This document shows positions 59,116-64,000 of a DNA stretch of 64,000 nt, piece by piece (the stretch's first letter is position 1; every line of letters starts with the position of its first letter). A program made the position numbers and the translations under genes. Origin of the DNA: Octopus sinensis (taxonomy: Eukaryota); assembly GCF_006345805.1 (NCBI RefSeq), contig NW_021832221.1, positions 1-64,000 on the forward strand. The letters run 5' to 3'. Below the pieces are notes generated by a model. The model made no database searches. It was not told the origin of the DNA and worked only from the letters and a program-made list of their open reading frames with translations.

Positions 59116-60065
59116 ATGCGAATAATAAACAGCAGACAATGCCACGGACCGCAGTGTAAATTCCAAAGCAGACCCAATTCAAATTACTGCGGAGTTGCCT
59201 GTGGAATAGCACTGGCTCACAAGTAAAAGTAAATATAATACTAAGGCGCCTAAAAGATGCTTTCAAGGACAACGAATCATTAAGAACAGAGACTACCTAT
59301 GCCGCAGAGTCACACGACCTCACAATTATTGCCCAATTAAAGAAGGATATCGCCAAAGTTCAGCTCTCCCTTCTCGAGACGGAATCCAGACGGAAGGACC
59401 TGCTGGAACTAATCGAAAGAGGAAAGAAAACCCCAATAGAAGATACAAATCAGGTTGCCTAACCCAGTCCCACCTACAGGAGGAGAATGAGAGTGACAGA
59501 CACGTCATGAATTGTTTTATATGTGGAAGTGAAGTATTGACGAGTGCATATTCCCGTCATGTCGATAAATGTTTCAGAAAAGTAAGAAAATTGAATGAAT
59601 TCAGTGCGAATCCAAGACTTTCTGTTCATCTCACTTTCGTTCACGAATGGAGAGTGTGTTGTGTGATAAATACAGTGCTTCCTCCAAGTCGTACTGCAAG
59701 CGACTCAAACTGCTCTGTCCAGTCCATTCCAAGCCATTTCCTGTTGTGGGAATAATTAATGTTTAGAGGAGGGCGGAGGAGGTTTGTGGCTTCCCTGATG
59801 AGGGGAATATGGCGTGTGGAGTGAGTAGGGATGTGTACTCGTTTTGTGCCACATCTGCCAAGAAATGTGGCCTTCATGCTGACTGGGATCGGCTGGCTTT
59901 GGGGAGGATAGATTTGGAGAAAGTGCGGCTGGTATTTTAGTTTTGTCAGGTTAGAATATCGCCAAGGAGGAGTTGTTTGAGAGGGAGAGGAGGCACAGGA
60001 TGGAGATTGCGTCCAGGGGGGGTATTCCAGCCATTTTCCTTAATCTGACTCAAAAACTGAATTAA
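59116..60065 (+). CDS. CXXC1: CFP1/CXXC1 (Spp1) COMPASS subunit, C-terminal half only (~275 aa); absent as such from the ORF track
   Basis: Spliced via 59223-59245, 59454-59479, 59582-59604, 59743-59766 and 59932-59954: QCHGPQC..SNYCGVACGIALA; CFICG..RHVDKC; LCDKYSASSKSYCKRLKLLCPVH; EEVCGFP; H.DWDRL..IDLEKVR; ELFERER; RGG. Confidence 0.9.
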
Positions 60066-60105
60066 TGAATTGGGACTGTCCTGGGTGACCATGTTAAAAT
60101 ATTTA

Positions 60106-60336
60106 TTATTTTTTTCGAATTCGAAATAAATTAGAAATTATAATAATTATGGATTTTTGAAAATGTTTTTTTTTCTTCTTCTTATCTCTGATAATAAATT
60201 TGTCTTTTAGCTGATTTTCGAGGACGTAAATTCTTATTCTGGAGGTTAATAATTCGATTTCTAACTCGTTTAGAATATCTGTTGATTTGTATTCTTTGCC
60301 CAATCTTGTGTTTCTGATTTGTAGGGTTTGTGACAT
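60106..60336 (-). CDS. Small basic 76-aa ORF, unassigned
   Basis: ATG start, amphipathic helix ELEIELLTSRIRIYVLENQLK, stop followed by AATAAA; lies between CFP1 and the PTP gene. Confidence 0.35.
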   Translation of the reverse strand: MSQTLQIRNTRLGKEYKSTDILNELEIELLTSRIRIYVLENQLKDKFIIRDKKKKKKHFQKSIIIIISNLFRIRKK

Positions 60337-60589
60337 GAATGAACCGAACTCACTTCAATTTGAATTTTGTGACCCAATTTGATTTATTTAAAAATTATTT
60401 AATTTACTTAAATCAAGTAAAAAATAATCAGAGTTTTTAAAAGTGTTAAAAAACAAAATTCTTCAAACTTACTAAATTAGCTGAGTATTGAAATGAGTAA
60501 AAAATGAAGTTTTATAATAAAATTTTAATAGTAAATTCAGTTTCATATAAAGAAGAATTAAAAATGTTAAAACCAAGTGAAATAGAGTA

Positions 60590-61912
60590 ATGCTCAGCCA
60601 AGTTGAACAAACCTTCTTCTCTAAAAACTCTGAAGGATGGACAACATTTTACAAAGTATATTCCAGTTGACCATTTCAGAGACAAATATGCGAGTTTTCC
60701 TGCAATCACTACGAAGAATGCTCTCATGCCCAAGACTTTATTAAAAACCGGAAGAGAAACCGTTATTCGGACATTCTGCCTTGTTGTGTGCCATTTCACA
60801 TTATAGCGGCCAAGAACAGAGTCATTTTGAAGAATGTTTCGGAAGACTACATCAACGCCAATTATATAGTTATTGAACAAGTCAGTCGCAAATATATTCT
60901 CACTCAGGTTTGGTTTCAGTATTAGTTAGGCCCCCCTTGATTACACTGCCGGACATTTCTGGCTGATGGCACTCCAGAACAAGTCAGAGACCATCGTTAT
61001 GCTCACCAAATCGAATGTGTCTTTATAAATATAATTTATAGACAGAGCGCTACTTTCCAACCAGCACAGATATAGGGATGGTTTTCCCCACTGAGGATAT
61101 ATCCGTACAGTTGGTTGATGTACAAGCCTACCCCGCCTTTGTGTGGAGAAACATGCGAGTGGAACATAAGGTTGGGTTAATTGTATTTTTGAAGGGACAA
61201 GTCCTGTTTGTGAGGCACTACCAATTCGACTGCTGGCCTGATTTCGGAATTCCTGACGATTTAACTGATTTCATGCAGTTTCTGGCCTTTCTTCGGTCGA
61301 GGAAGGATCTTGAAAGTTCTAAAATGCCTATAATACACTGCAATGCTGGGGTCGGGAGATCAGGCTGCTTTGTTCTGATAGACTCGACCATTTTGGAGGT
61401 AAGGAGTGGTCCGTATGTCTGATTGAGCTGTATTATCAAAATGAGAGTTCGATGCAAGTCGACGTTGAGCAGAATCTTATTAATCTGAGAAGACAGCAAT
61501 TTCACCTCGTCAAGTCCCCGTCTCAACTTGCTTTTTGTTACCAGGTCGTCTTGGTCACGGGAAAACTCATTTTGGAAGGTCACGATTGGATTTTCAACGT
61601 TTTCATTAATATTGACTGTAGTACTTGGGAGACGGTCTCCAGTCTTGTTCTGTTTCGGAAAGACGTCGAAACAAATCTGATGATGAGTGGGACGAGGAAG
61701 AGTTCTCGGATGATGAAGGCGGAGTTATTTACACGTTCTTTTATTTTAAATATCTTAGAATTGATGAACAAGATTTTAGTATAGCTGATTTATCTGCTGA
61801 GTGTTCAGAGGAGTCTTATCCTCGTTGGGGCATTTATTTAAATTGGTACACTCTGGCTGGGATGTCGTTGATGTTAGCCATTTGTGTGTCTTTATATTAT
61901 AAGATTTTTTGA
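60590..61912 (+). CDS. PTPN1: Non-receptor protein tyrosine phosphatase, PTPN1/PTPN2 (PTP1B/PTP61F)-like, with a C-terminal hydrophobic anchor
   Basis: RNRYSDILP; DYINANY; YILTQGPL; WPDFGIP; IHCNAGVGRSG; QLAFCY; tail WYTLAGMSLMLAICVSLYY. Introns 22-29 nt. Confidence 0.88.
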
Positions 61913-61977
61913 TGTAATATAAAAAATTAATTGTCCTTTCCATGTGTTAAAAAGAGCTCCTAGAAATAAGTGGCCTA

Positions 61978-63405
61978 CAGTAAAACCTCTGGTGCTCGCC
62001 ACCTCTGTTACTCGCCACCTCTATTGCTCGCCACATATTTTTCAAAAAAATAAAAATTTCTAGTAAATTTTGATAAATATTCTATTGCTCGCCATTTTCT
62101 AAATCTCGCCATTAATTTTTTAAAATATTTTTTTGGTTAAACTATTTTTTATAATAAAATATTTCATCCACGCTAAATTCAATATGCGTAAGTGCGCAAG
62201 ATTGTCTTTTAATGAAAAATGTCGCATTATTGCGTACATGGAGGAGAACAAAAGTCTCACGATGGACCCTTATAGCTTACATTTTTTCTTCTGTTTTGAA
62301 GAACAAAATATCTCGAAGGGCTGTGAACGAGTTAAGACTTGGAAAAGAGAAAATAATGTCTACTGATCCTATTTTCTCCAATAAGAAGAGATTATCTAAT
62401 CTAACTTATTCTGTTATTGACACCGAACTATTAACTTGGATGGAATATATTGAGCTTAGAGGGGAGTTTCTGGACAATAATTCAATTTTGTTGAAAGCAA
62501 AGAACATTGCTAATATTTATGGAATTAAAGAGTTTAAAGCCAGCAATGGATGGCTAAGCAAGTTCAAGATACGGAACAACTTAAAATTGAGGACTTTACA
62601 TGGAGAATCAGGATCTACTGCAGTTGATCAGAAACAAGAAATTGATGCATTTACTTCTTTGATCTCTGCAAAGATTCGACAATATAATGCTGAAAACATT
62701 TATAACGCTGATGAAACTGGGATTTTTTACAAATCTATCCCTTCAAAAAGTGTTTGTCAGAAGGTCCGATATGGACATAAAATCCTTAAAGAACGGTTTA
62801 ATTTTTATTTATTTTTTTAGATTTTCTTTGTTGCTATGCTCAAATATGACTGGGACAGACAAAAAATTTACTTATGATTGGAAAGTTCCAGAAACCTCGC
62901 TGCTTTAAAAATTTTAAAGTCAAAATGTTGTCGATTACTGTCATTCACAAAAAGCATGGATGACAAAAAAAATTTTTTACAAATGGCTTTTAACATGGGA
63001 TAGGCATTTAAAAAAACGAAAAATTCTTTTAATTTAGGATCGATGCCCATCCCATAAACTTTACGCTGATTTAGAGTCAATTGAAGTTCTTTACCTACCT
63101 TCGAAGATTAGAACAATTCTACAACCAATGGATCAAGGAATCATTAGATCCTTCAAAGGACATTTTAATAAACTTAAATTTGAGTTTATGTTAGAAAAAA
63201 TTGAAAATGGAGAAAATCCACTGGAAGCTCATAAAAAATTAACCTTAAAAGACAGTCTTCTTTTTACATATTTTGCCTGGAAAAAAGTAACGACCAAAAC
63301 AATTACAAATTGTTTCGGAAATTCAAAATGGATCGAATGTGAAAATCAACTCGATAGACCAATTGTTGAAATTGATAATTATGATCAAATGGTAAATATC
63401 TTGAA
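61978..63405 (+). mobile_element. pogo element (5' TIR and most of the transposase; 3' end lost)
   Basis: TA+CAGTAAAACCTCTGGTGCTCGCC with subterminal CTCGCCAC repeats; ASNGWL, YNADETG, QPMDQGII; 25-nt intron 62796-62820. Confidence 0.9.
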
Positions 63406-64000
63406 ACTTTTCACCGAATGTAATTATTGTAACTCTGACGTCAAACATAGTTACAAAATCTCCCTGCAATTTCAAGGAAATTTCATTCAATTTAGCAAAA
63501 ATCCAATTTAAATAATAGATATATTTTTCATTTTCGGAAATCGATCTTGCTAATTCATCTTCATTTTCCGATTCAAGAAAGTCCAAAATAGTTGGTAAAA
63601 GGTTTACAAATCTTTGTAAAGCAGTGCCTTTGGACAACCAGCGAACCTATAGACTATAAAAAACAAAAATAAACTTCAGTATGATACAAGAGTCTTAAAT
63701 AATCTTCATTCCTATCTATACAAGATTTCCTAAAGATCCTATCAGATTTTGGACTTGTTTTAATTCGATTGATCGTTTTTATGACGAGATTCAGAACTTG
63801 ATTTAAAAAAGCGGAAATTTTTTTCGAAACAAGATGATGCCGGTGTAATACGCAATGAATATGAATTAAATTCGGACATTTTTGTTTCAAAAAAGACGCA
63901 AATCCTTTGTACTTCCCAACCATGGCCATTGCACCGTCCGTAGCACATGCAATTAAATTGGAAAATGGAATTTGTTTTTCTTCAAAATACGTTTTCAATA
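63405..64000 (-). mobile_element. hAT-Buster transposase fragment (continues beyond the window)
   Basis: ACATDGAMAMVG; HIHCVLHRHHL; LLYHTE|VRWLSKG after removing a 28-nt intron (63647-63674). Confidence 0.9.

Overview
AT-rich, transposon-dense eukaryotic (animal) genomic DNA. No prokaryotic features, no rRNA and no CRISPR were found. Host genes are very compact and broken by ultra-short GT-AG introns (mostly 22-30 nt), so the supplied ORF track fragments them; I spliced them by eye. This intron size class, together with ciliary/centriolar genes (epsilon-tubulin, ANKMY1) and metazoan Ig/LRR receptors, best fits a dicyemid mesozoan (inference, not verified). Host genes found: basigin-like Ig protein, TUBE1, LRR membrane protein, an unknown coiled-coil protein, a Myb/SANT protein, NAP1, a TSSK-like kinase, VAMP7, ANKMY1, RBBP6, a truncated CFP1/CXXC1 and a PTPN1/2-like phosphatase. 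Roughly half of the window is mobile DNA, often nested: pogo/Tigger, Tc1, hAT-Buster, Ginger/TDD-like integrase elements, Helitrons carrying ~95-bp satellite arrays, and R4-, CRE- and RTE-like non-LTR retroelements. Highlights: (1) host-sized 23-28 nt introns inside transposases of three DNA-transposon superfamilies; (2) TGT...ACA TIR mini-elements that carry telomere-like (TTAGGG) arrays and insert at TA(A/T)TA; (3) a CFP1 that appears to lack both PHD and CXXC; (4) a Dim1-retroelement chimera. Several single-base frameshifts at homopolymers look like assembly errors. All coordinates and counts were read by eye and may be off by a few bases.
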